A DNA stretch of 56,217 nt, from the NCBI GenBank assembly GCA_020724845.1, contig DYGE01000001.1:1-56217 (forward strand), read 5' to 3'. Below the pieces are notes generated by a model. The model made no database searches and had not been told where the DNA came from. It saw nothing but the letters and a program-made list of their open reading frames with translations. Source of the DNA: Candidatus Paceibacter sp. Lineage in GTDB: Bacteria > Patescibacteriota > Minisyncoccia > UBA6257 > 02-FULL-45-10c. Below, piece after piece: positions 8,806-16,631 of this stretch. Numbering within the stretch: position 1 is the first letter of the stretch; every line of letters starts with the position of its first letter. The translations under genes were made by a program, and so were the position numbers.

Positions 8806-11138
8806 AATCCTCTATTTAACCCGTATTTTACTCTGGACAGTTCTTTAATTTTATTTCCTAGTTCCGGGTTGCCGGCGATCGGCGGGAGAGTTTTGATGTT
8901 AAATGGCTTGGTTGGCTCGCCATTAACCAACAGCCTTACGTAGGCATTCCGATTATCAATATTGATTAAGTCGTTGACGGTGAAGGTTGGCTCAAACTGC
9001 TTTACCAGCTCTTCGGCGTCTTTTATGCCGACTCTCATGGCGATTAAGGATCCCACGTTGCCGAAAACCGATTCTCTGATTTTATCTTCTAATTGAGCAA
9101 TGAATTGGTGCGCGATTACCAAGCTTAGGCGGTATTTGCGAGCCTCTGACAAGATAGTTGATATTGAATCAGTGGTAAAGTTTTGGAACTCATCAATGAA
9201 GAGGTTAAAGTCGCGCCGTTTTTCCTGATCCGGAATGTCCACGCGAGAAAGCGCCGCCATCAGAAGCTTGCCGGTCATTACCATTCCTAAAAGTCCCGCG
9301 TTGATATCCCCTATTCTTCCTTTTGCGAGGTTGACCAGAAGAATCTTGCCGCTGTCCATGACGTCTCGGAAATTAAATGCTGACTTTGTTTGGCTGATGA
9401 TCGGCCGAACATAATCGTTGGCAATGAAGTTGCTGAATTTGGAAGTGATGTAGGGAGTCATATTTTGAAGCGAGGCCTCTCCCCCCACCTTGATTGCCTC
9501 TCTTTCCCAGAAATCTTTTACGGCCGGATTTTCGCATCTGGCCAGCTTCTTTCTTCTGAATTCGTCATCGGTAAATACACGGGGAACTTCCATCAAGGTC
9601 GCCGGCTCGTATTTAGCATCTTCCATCAAAAGGAATAAGGCGTTTCTCATATATTGTTCAAACATAGGCCCCATAGTTTCCTGCGAGAAGAGCTTGTTAA
9701 AGATGCCCTGCATTTCATTTACAATGAAAGTTTTCTCTTCCGGGCGATTGAGATTGTATTCAAGCATATTAAGACCTACCGGATATCGAAGATCTCCCGG
9801 ATCAAATAAGATAACGTCTTCCATCCTCTCTTTTGGAACGCGATTCAAAACGTCTTCAACGAAATCGCCGTGCGGGTCAATCACTCCGATGCCTTTTCCG
9901 CGATAGATGTCGTCAACAGCCATATTAAGCATCAGGGTGGTTTTACCGGTGCCGGTTTGGCCGATCACATAAACATGCCTCCTGCGGTCGTTATCGGTAA
10001 TGCGGGCCGGCCTTTCCTCGCCTCGGAAAGAGGTGGTGCCTATCACCACCCCTTCTTTCGGCAGAGTGCTTGGCGGCTGCGATTCTCTTGCCCTTAGCCA
10101 TTTAATTTTAGGTATTTCGGTCGTAGCGGTCGGCAGATGGAACAAGCTTACTATTTCGTCCGCGCCGAGCACCATCTTCTGGTCATCATCAAACTGGCGG
10201 AAAATGAACTTAAAGAGAAATTTGTTCTGATTTCGCGGTTTGACGGCTTTGATTCCGTTGCGAAGAGGCGCTTGGAATTGGTCAAACGATCCCGCGATAT
10301 TATTAAGCAATTCGTCTGCCTTTGATTGGCTTGGCGCTGATACGATCAGGCGGATATTGACCGAGAAAATCTGCTTAGATAATTTTTTTTCTAAAACCTT
10401 TATAGTTTCTTCATCTAGCGCCGGTTTGGTCGGCTGCTGTTCATCCGGCTTGGTTCCTTTCAGCGCTTTCTGGACGTCTTTCAGGGTGATCATTTTATTG
10501 CTAGCGCTTAGCGCTTCTTCTAGCTTTGCTCCTTTTTTCAGCTGATAAACCAGGCCGGTGGCGGCTTTTTTGATTTTCGCGTCTGCCGGCTTGACCAGCA
10601 CCTGGATTGCTATTCCCTCGCCTATCTCCTGAAGCTTAGTCAGATTGCTGATGATGGGAAGGAAAGTGTCCACTTGCGCCTCTTCGTAAGTCCTGACAGG
10701 CAAGGCGTAAGTTTCTTTCTGTTTTAAATAGACGCCCTGGCTGACGCCTTGGTGGTTGAAGACGGTGTAGTCCTCCACTTCCTCAATGCGCGCGTCATTC
10801 CAATATCCTTGGATTTGCTGGGTTGCGTATTGGATTGATTCTTTCGGTACGCCGACATAAAAATGTATTTCTTCCCCTATGCTGTGCACGGCGGATTCAA
10901 GCGCGAATGGTATTTTCAAATTTCCAAGCTTGCTTAACAGTTGAGCGGTCAAGTTTATCTCTTTCAGAGGATCTTCCTTGGATTCTTTATCAGTCTTTCT
11001 TGGCAGCTGCACCAGCAAGAGGCGAAGCTCCAGGGTTTTCAAGAAATATTTCTTATGGATTTTTTTGGAAATCCAAACCGCTAAACTTATGCTGATAGCG
11101 AGACCTATGACTATATAACTGATAGTTAGAATGCTCAT
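8802..11138 (-). CDS. Membrane-anchored VirD4/TraD/TraG-like (type IV coupling protein-like) P-loop ATPase
   Basis: N-terminal TM helix, Walker A VIGQTGTGKTT, Walker B-like FNLFIDEFQNF, and C-terminal LSLVIAHQFIAQL. Confidence 0.78.
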   Translation of the reverse strand: MSILTISYIVIGLAISISLAVWISKKIHKKYFLKTLELRLLLVQLPRKTDKESKEDPLKEINLTAQLLSKLGNLKIPFALESAVHSIGEEIHFYVGVPKESIQYATQQIQGYWNDARIEEVEDYTVFNHQGVSQGVYLKQKETYALPVRTYEEAQVDTFLPIISNLTKLQEIGEGIAIQVLVKPADAKIKKAATGLVYQLKKGAKLEEALSASNKMITLKDVQKALKGTKPDEQQPTKPALDEETIKVLEKKLSKQIFSVNIRLIVSAPSQSKADELLNNIAGSFDQFQAPLRNGIKAVKPRNQNKFLFKFIFRQFDDDQKMVLGADEIVSLFHLPTATTEIPKIKWLRARESQPPSTLPKEGVVIGTTSFRGEERPARITDNDRRRHVYVIGQTGTGKTTLMLNMAVDDIYRGKGIGVIDPHGDFVEDVLNRVPKERMEDVILFDPGDLRYPVGLNMLEYNLNRPEEKTFIVNEMQGIFNKLFSQETMGPMFEQYMRNALFLLMEDAKYEPATLMEVPRVFTDDEFRRKKLARCENPAVKDFWEREAIKVGGEASLQNMTPYITSKFSNFIANDYVRPIISQTKSAFNFRDVMDSGKILLVNLAKGRIGDINAGLLGMVMTGKLLMAALSRVDIPDQEKRRDFNLFIDEFQNFTTDSISTILSEARKYRLSLVIAHQFIAQLEDKIRESVFGNVGSLIAMRVGIKDAEELVKQFEPTFTVNDLINIDNRNAYVRLLVNGEPTKPFNIKTLPPIAGNPELGNKIKELSRVKYGLNRGL

Positions 11139-11142
11139 TCTG

Positions 11143-11526
11143 TTATATTAATTTCCTTTTTTTGAGTTCGCTGTAAAGCTTGGAAGTCAAAGAATCATGG
11201 AAGGCATCCAAAACAAGCGGCTCTTGCTTTCTGGCCTCTTTAATCGCCGCGTCCAATCCTTTATGAAATAACAAGTCAATTAACTTTTCCACTTGCAGCT
11301 GAATTTCTGGCGGTTCTTGTTGCATATAGGCCGGCAATACCGTGGTCTGCTGCGGGGTAGCCTGCTGGACTGGCGGTTGAGCCTGGATTTTTTCTCCGAG
11401 CACAGACCTGACTATTTCGTGCTCTGGGACTTCTGCCTGCTCCGGCTTTAATTTTCTCTCTTGTACTTCTTTGGACAACCGTTCAATGTCATTTTCCAGT
11501 ATGGAATGTTCAAATTTTGCCTCCAT
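11143..11526 (-). CDS. Hypothetical protein (127 aa), first gene of the ATPase-amidohydrolase-ftsW-murG string
   Basis: Clean ORF ending 4 nt before the ATPase gene start. Gln/Pro-rich middle. No motif recognised. Confidence 0.55.
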   Translation of the reverse strand: MEAKFEHSILENDIERLSKEVQERKLKPEQAEVPEHEIVRSVLGEKIQAQPPVQQATPQQTTVLPAYMQQEPPEIQLQVEKLIDLLFHKGLDAAIKEARKQEPLVLDAFHDSLTSKLYSELKKRKLI

Positions 11527-11546
11527 GATAAAATTAAATTAATACT

Positions 11547-13040
11547 ATGAAAAAAACAGTTTTATTACTGTCTATCCTTATTATAGCTTCCTTTCTTCGC
11601 CTCTACAATTTGCTTCCGCCGGTTGGCGGATTGCCTCCCGGCCTTTATCCGGACGAGGCTATGAACGGCAATAATGCCGTGGAAGCATTGGAAGTCGGGC
11701 CATTGTCTGGCGGGTGGAAAGTGTTTTACCAGGAGAACTTTGGCCGAGAGGGATTATTTATTAATATCCAGAGCTTGTTCGTCGGTCTTTTAGGAAATGA
11801 GGCCGGCGCTTTGCGCCTCCCAAGCGCCATTTTCGGCATATTGACGGTGCTAGGGCTCTATCTTTTTACGAAAGAGCTTTTTACTTACGAAAATACGAAA
11901 ACCTACGAAAGTACGAAATTAGCATTGCTATCTAGTTTTTTATTGGCTACGAGTTTTTGGCACATCAACTTTTCCAGGATTGGTTTCCGAGCCATCATGG
12001 CGCCATTTTTTCTCGTCTGGGGTTTGTATTTTTTGCTGAAATCGCTAAACGCTAATCGCTATACGCTATACGCTGCAATCGCCGGCCTGACGTATGGTTT
12101 GGGCTTCCATAGCTATATCGCTTACCGGGCCACTCCTCTGCTGCTGTTATTCATAATGTTCGCGTTGTATAAAAAATCGGAATTGGCATTCAGAAAAAAC
12201 CTATTAAAAATTTTCGGAGCGTTTGCATTATTCGCTTTTTTGGCCGGGTTGCCTCTGGGCCTTTACTTTTTGGAAAATCCGGAAGATTTTCTTGGGCGAA
12301 CAACCGGAATTTCCGTATTCAATTCAGAGGCTCCGATAAGAGACTTGGCTTTTAATTCGGCAAAGACGCTGGGGATGCTGAATATATTCGGTGATTTGAA
12401 TTGGCGCCACAATATCGCCGCCAGGCCGCTGCTTTTCTGGCCGGTAGGCATATTTTTCCTGGTTGGAGCTTATTCATCTTTGCGCGGGTTATTTAAAGAA
12501 AAAAACCCGTATTCTGGGGAATCGGTTCTTTGGTTTTGGATTTTAGTTGCCGCTTTGCCAGTTGTTATATCTAATGAAGGCCTGCCTCACGCTTTAAGAT
12601 CTATGCTGATGATCCCTCCCATTTTTATAATATCGGCGATTGGGGGAATGAGAATATATGATTTATTAAAATCCTATCTGGATAGCCGCTGGCTATCAGT
12701 TATCAGTTATTTGTTTATTGGCTTGTTGATTACAGAAGCCTTTTTCTCCTACTTCGTAACTTGGGGGCAGAATCCCAGCGTAAAAAGCGCTTTTTCTTAC
12801 AATGATTACGTGATTGCGAAACAGCTTAATGAACTGCCGAAAGAAACTCCAAAATATATTTTGGTTAGCGGCGCCGATAGGAAAATTGAAAGGGATTACC
12901 CGATTTCCCTGCAAACGGTGTTATTTATAACCGATTCTTTTGCGGAAGAAAAAAGAAGGGAGAAAAATTTATTTTATCTGACTGAAGAGGAGTTTGCGCT
13001 TCAAAAAATAGAAGCAGAAAGTTATGTAATTAAGCTTTAG
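11547..13040 (+). CDS. GT39/ArnT-like polyprenyl-phosphate-dependent glycosyltransferase (PMT_2-type)
   Basis: Multi-TM protein with the N-terminal LYPDEAMNG loop motif typical of ArnT/PMT-like GT-C enzymes. It is a paralogue of 28131..30038. Confidence 0.78.
   Translation: MKKTVLLLSILIIASFLRLYNLLPPVGGLPPGLYPDEAMNGNNAVEALEVGPLSGGWKVFYQENFGREGLFINIQSLFVGLLGNEAGALRLPSAIFGILTVLGLYLFTKELFTYENTKTYESTKLALLSSFLLATSFWHINFSRIGFRAIMAPFFLVWGLYFLLKSLNANRYTLYAAIAGLTYGLGFHSYIAYRATPLLLLFIMFALYKKSELAFRKNLLKIFGAFALFAFLAGLPLGLYFLENPEDFLGRTTGISVFNSEAPIRDLAFNSAKTLGMLNIFGDLNWRHNIAARPLLFWPVGIFFLVGAYSSLRGLFKEKNPYSGESVLWFWILVAALPVVISNEGLPHALRSMLMIPPIFIISAIGGMRIYDLLKSYLDSRWLSVISYLFIGLLITEAFFSYFVTWGQNPSVKSAFSYNDYVIAKQLNELPKETPKYILVSGADRKIERDYPISLQTVLFITDSFAEEKRREKNLFYLTEEEFALQKIEAESYVIKL
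11867..11918. repeat. Short tandem repeat, five copies of TACGAAA (8-10 bp period), in frame inside the GT39 gene
   Basis: TACGAAA occurs at 11867, 11886, 11894, 11904 and 11912. It is translated as ...TYENTKTYESTK... Confidence 0.85.
12041..12075. repeat. Heptanucleotide tandem array (WWCGCTA x5), in frame inside the GT39 gene
   Basis: ATCGCTA AACGCTA ATCGCTA TACGCTA TACGCTG with a strict 7-bp period. Translated as ...KSLNANRYTLYA... Confidence 0.9.
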
Positions 13041-14056
13041 GCTTTGCCGGTAACTTTTCTTAACCGCGCGATTATAGTTTCATCGGAAATCACCCTTCTT
13101 TCCTGGCCGCCCACTTCGCTTCCTGCCTCAAGGAGCGCTTCTTTGGCTTCGTCGTAGTCGCCCTCAAATTTCTTTGCTCTCCCGAAATCAACTATATAAA
13201 CCCGCGCTTTGGCGCCTTTAGGGTCTCCGGCTATCATGATATTGCGTTCGTGGCCGTCTCTCCAGGTTAGGCCGTTTGCGTGCAGCAACTTCAGAGTGTT
13301 TTCAACCTGTTCGCTGACAGTCGGCGAGTATTTTATGCCTCTGCGTTTTAAGAACGAATAAAGCTGTTCCTCGCCTCCCAATATATTGATAATCTGCTCA
13401 ATATTTTCCGGCCTCATTTGGTCAATTATTCTTTCTGAATCGCCTTTCTCCGAATTTTGCAGCTCCGGGAATCTGGCAAAAAAATCATAAGCCCGGCCTC
13501 GCGGGTCCCCGATATTAAATTCCGCTTTCATGGCTTGGCAGTAGGATTTCAGGGCGTCGCGGGAAATCATCTTAAGCAGCTCTTCACCTTCAATGTAGTC
13601 CATCACGATAATCCCTACCCTATCTTCGGCTGGCTCCACTAAATCTTCGCGCAGCTTTGCTTTGATTTCCGGATGAATGGAGATGTCTTTATGCAGATAT
13701 GGCTTGGCGATCCCCGCGTAACTTTTCCCTTCTTCTTTTTTATTTTCCAATAAATCGCGGGCCTCTTTTTGAATCTCATATTCTTCCCGGGCTTTATCCG
13801 GATGATATAGCTTAAAAAGTTTTATTGCTTGTTCCCCGCCAAGCTTGATTCCAAGTTCTTCCAGCGCTTTAATCTCCGCGGCGGCTTCGGCGTTTTGGGT
13901 GTCAACTTTGTAGATGACACCGTCCTCTCCTTCATTTATTTTTTCGGAAAATTGGCCGAATAAGCGCTCTAATCTGGCGCTAATTTCTCTTTCTTTAGTA
14001 GCTTCTTTTTCTTCAGGCGTCATCATTTGTTCCGCCTTGAATATTTTCTCTTTCAT
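13037..14056 (-). CDS. Protein-kinase-like (ePK/RIO/APH-fold) protein
   Basis: Start trimmed to ATG 14056 (AGGAGA upstream). Motifs in kinase order: QAIKLFK (VAIK-like Lys), WRDGHERNIMI (catalytic loop) and YIVDFGRAK (DFG). Its stop overlaps the stop of the convergent GT39 gene. Confidence 0.68.
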   Translation of the reverse strand: MKEKIFKAEQMMTPEEKEATKEREISARLERLFGQFSEKINEGEDGVIYKVDTQNAEAAAEIKALEELGIKLGGEQAIKLFKLYHPDKAREEYEIQKEARDLLENKKEEGKSYAGIAKPYLHKDISIHPEIKAKLREDLVEPAEDRVGIIVMDYIEGEELLKMISRDALKSYCQAMKAEFNIGDPRGRAYDFFARFPELQNSEKGDSERIIDQMRPENIEQIINILGGEEQLYSFLKRRGIKYSPTVSEQVENTLKLLHANGLTWRDGHERNIMIAGDPKGAKARVYIVDFGRAKKFEGDYDEAKEALLEAGSEVGGQERRVISDETIIARLRKVTGKA

Positions 14057-14142
14057 ATGATAGTGTTCTCCTAATCTTATCTTATTTGTCTTATAATAAA
14101 AGGCCCCGAGGGTGGGATTAAACCACCGCAAGGGGCCTTGTT

Positions 14143-14472
14143 CTACGCGGGGCTTAGCCCGGTTCCTCCGACAGCGCTCGCGCCGCCGGTCTCGCAGTAG
14201 TCCTGGATGACCGCGCAGGCGTTGTTGAACGCGTTGGGATCGTATCCCGAGCCGTAATTGGCGGCCAGCTCCCGCGCGAGATCCCAGGTTGTCACCTTGC
14301 CTTGAGCGAGAAGCCGCTTCAGGACGGCGATTTTGCAGATGGTGTCCATCCGTGTTTCCGGCGCCCTGGAAGGCGTCATCCGCCCCTTGTACTCCTCCAG
14401 CTTGGCCTGGAGCTGCCGTACCCTTGTCGGATCTTCCGGCAGCGTCAGCACCGGGGACTGTCCGATTTCCAT
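14143..14472 (-). CDS. Hypothetical protein (109 aa), very GC-rich
   Basis: ATG preceded by AAAGGAGGAAGC. No motif recognised. This is the most GC-rich coding stretch in the window by eye. Confidence 0.6.
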   Translation of the reverse strand: MEIGQSPVLTLPEDPTRVRQLQAKLEEYKGRMTPSRAPETRMDTICKIAVLKRLLAQGKVTTWDLARELAANYGSGYDPNAFNNACAVIQDYCETGGASAVGGTGLSPA

Positions 14473-14495
14473 GCTTCCTCCTTTTCCGGATGTGG

Positions 14496-14603
14496 TTACG
14501 CGGGGTCCTTCTTTTCCATAGCTATGCTTAAGGCTATCGCCAGGAAAAAGAGAACCGAGAAGCTTACTTCCACGATCTTGATCAGATTTGCTTCGCCGGG
14601 CAT
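14496..14603 (-). CDS. Possible 35-aa single-TM micro-protein (not in ORF track)
   Basis: ATG 14603 preceded by GAGAGGTGA. Reads MPGEANLIKIVEVSFSVLFFLAIALSIAMEKKDPA, then TAA at 14496-14498. It lies between the promoter and the 109-aa gene. Confidence 0.4.
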   Translation of the reverse strand: MPGEANLIKIVEVSFSVLFFLAIALSIAMEKKDPA

Positions 14604-14641
14604 ATAATCACCTCTCTTTTAGTTGTGTGGAGCTTGTATCA

Positions 14642-14670
14642 TTTATAACATAATTTTTCTAAATTGTCAA
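14642..14670 (-). promoter_or_regulatory. Putative sigma70-type promoter for the micro-ORF/109-aa/kinase-like operon
   Basis: Minus strand: TTGACA (14670..14665), 17 nt, TATAAA (14647..14642). Confidence 0.5.
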
Positions 14671-14679
14671 TAGCTTGTA

Positions 14680-14708
14680 TTGACATCAGTAATTAAAAAT
14701 GTTATCAT
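14680..14708 (+). promoter_or_regulatory. Putative sigma70-type promoter for the beta-barrel-like gene
   Basis: TTGACA (14680-14685), 17 nt, TATCAT (14703-14708). The two divergent -35 boxes form the palindrome TGTCAATA-N5-TATTGACA. Confidence 0.5.
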
Positions 14709-14753
14709 TTGCATCAAGTAGTTCCTCATATAACACACGAAGGCGGAGGCGAA

Positions 14754-15470
14754 ATGAGAAGAATCGCTTGGCAGTTGGCGGCCGCTCTTGGCTTGCTTAT
14801 CCCCTCTTCCGGACACGCCTGGGAGCTTGGGAGCGTTTTCATGATTCGGGATTACCAGATTGTCGGAACGGGCAATAACTTGAGCGAGGGAATCGGGATC
14901 AACTTATCCCATCCTATCAGCAAGAAGGGCGAGATTGAGTTCCAGGGGCTGCTTTCCAAAGATGACACCGGGTTGCGCCGGACGGAGTACGATAAAAACG
15001 TACTGATCCTTTGGAACAACTTTCTTTTTCTGACGGATTGGCCGGTAGCTGTTAAGAAGGAAGAGCGTTATCGGCTTTGGGAGGCCAGCTTCCGTTATTG
15101 GCACCAGGTAACTCCCGGGGGCGAGGAATTTGCCAAATTGAGCCTAGGGAGCGGGCTAGTTGCTAACATCCTGGAAAAGCAGACCAAGACGTTCATTGCT
15201 TACCAAGGCGTGAACGCCAATACCCTCATCCTGAATCCTCGTTACAAAGACGAAGAACAGAATGAAACGTTTTTGACGGTTGGGATTCCTCTTGGGATGA
15301 GGTTAAAGATTCCGATTTATAACGATAACCGAACCTTCGCCAATCTCTCTTTTACCGGCGAGTATCTTCTTTTCGCCAATGCCGGGAAACAGATCAAATC
15401 CATTCATGGCCAGGCCATAGACAAGTTCGGCGGTCTAAGGCTAGGAGCCGGATTCCATGTTGTTTTCTAG
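14754..15470 (+). CDS. Secreted protein with outer-membrane beta-barrel-like C-terminal signal
   Basis: Start trimmed to ATG 14754 (GGCGGAGG upstream). Signal peptide MRRIAWQLAAALGLLIPSSGHA. The C-terminus ...GGLRLGAGFHVVF has alternating hydrophobics and a terminal Phe. Confidence 0.62.
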   Translation: MRRIAWQLAAALGLLIPSSGHAWELGSVFMIRDYQIVGTGNNLSEGIGINLSHPISKKGEIEFQGLLSKDDTGLRRTEYDKNVLILWNNFLFLTDWPVAVKKEERYRLWEASFRYWHQVTPGGEEFAKLSLGSGLVANILEKQTKTFIAYQGVNANTLILNPRYKDEEQNETFLTVGIPLGMRLKIPIYNDNRTFANLSFTGEYLLFANAGKQIKSIHGQAIDKFGGLRLGAGFHVVF

Positions 15471-15480
15471 GCGAATTATA

Positions 15481-15521
15481 AAGGGCTGATGAACTTTTGA
15501 GTTCATCAGCCCTTTCTTTTT
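15481..15521. terminator. Bidirectional rho-independent terminator
   Basis: 14-bp perfect stem AAGGGCTGATGAAC (15481-15494) / GTTCATCAGCCCTT (15501-15514) with a T-run after it. It lies between convergent genes. Confidence 0.85.
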
Positions 15522-16530
15522 ATCCATGCCGTATCACCATCACATCCCCGTTCTGGACAACGTAATCCTTTCCTTCCAGGCGTAGCCAACCCTTTTGTTT
15601 CGCCTTAGCCCATCCCTGGGCCTCCACCAATTTCTCCCAATGTATCACCTCGGCTCGGATAAACTTTTTCTCAAAATCTGTATGGATTGCTCCGGCCGCT
15701 TCCGGCGCCTTACTTCCTTTCTTGATGGTCCAGGCTCTGGTTTCATCTTCGCCGGTGGTGAAGAAGCTGATTAGTCCTAGTATTTCATAAGCTTTTTGTA
15801 TTAGCGCTGACAGGTTCGGATTTTCGGATAGATTTATGATTATATAATCCGCTCCAAGCGCCTTGATTTTATTCTTTAATTCTTCGGATACGTCTTCGGG
15901 ATTTCCGTTGAGCAGATAAAGCTGAGGCTTGGAAGTAAGCAGGTTTAGTTCTTTGAGTTTCGGATTTTCCAGAAGCTCTTTGTATTGCTGCTGGAAAAGC
16001 ATCTCCCCTTTTTCCAGGGTTTCTTTTACCTTTCTGAATGATTCCAAAGTTTTTTGCGCTTCTTTATTTCCGGTTTTGGCGTCGCCCTCAACTTTCTTCC
16101 AGGCTTTTTCCAGAGTGTCCAGGTCTTTCAGGGCAAGTTCGGCATTTATGATTTCCATATCTCGCAATGGATCAACGCTATTTTCTACGTGGATGATTTC
16201 CCCTGATTGGAAACAGCGCAATACTTCCACAACAGCGTCGGTTTCGCGAATGTGGCTCAAGAACTGGTTGCCCAACCCCTCTCCTTTGTTCGCTCCCTTC
16301 ACTAGGCCGGCTATGTCATAGAATTCCACCACGGCCGGGATTTTTTTGGCGGAATTGCTTAATTCCGCAAGCTTATCTAGCCGCTCATCGGGAACGGCAA
16401 CTACTCCGACATTCGGATCAATCGTGGCAAACGGATAATTGGCGATATTTACTTCATTTTGAGTCAGGGCCTTGAAGAGGGTGGATTTCCCTACATTCGG
16501 CAGCCCGACGATGCCCATTGATAGTTTCAT
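15520..16530 (-). CDS. ychF: Ribosome-binding ATPase YchF (Obg-like)
   Basis: Start trimmed to ATG 16530: MKLSMGIVGLPNVGKSTLFKALT (G1), DIAGLVKGA (G3), and a C-terminal TGS-like domain ending VMVIRHG. The 34 extra residues in the ORF track read through the upstream palindrome. Confidence 0.92.
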   Translation of the reverse strand: MKLSMGIVGLPNVGKSTLFKALTQNEVNIANYPFATIDPNVGVVAVPDERLDKLAELSNSAKKIPAVVEFYDIAGLVKGANKGEGLGNQFLSHIRETDAVVEVLRCFQSGEIIHVENSVDPLRDMEIINAELALKDLDTLEKAWKKVEGDAKTGNKEAQKTLESFRKVKETLEKGEMLFQQQYKELLENPKLKELNLLTSKPQLYLLNGNPEDVSEELKNKIKALGADYIIINLSENPNLSALIQKAYEILGLISFFTTGEDETRAWTIKKGSKAPEAAGAIHTDFEKKFIRAEVIHWEKLVEAQGWAKAKQKGWLRLEGKDYVVQNGDVMVIRHG

Positions 16531-16602
16531 CCCGTATATTTTAACATAACCCAGTATCAAATCAAAACAAAAAATGTTTATGGTAGCGTAAGTAGCAATT
16601 TT

Positions 16603-16628
16603 CAATACGCCAGGCGCCTGGCGTATTG
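16603..16628. repeat. Perfect 26-bp palindrome of unknown function (operator, processing site or terminator)
   Basis: CAATACGCCAGGC|GCCTGGCGTATTG. It begins 3 nt after the stop codon of the wHTH gene and has no flanking T-run. Confidence 0.6.
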
Positions 16629-16631
16629 GCA

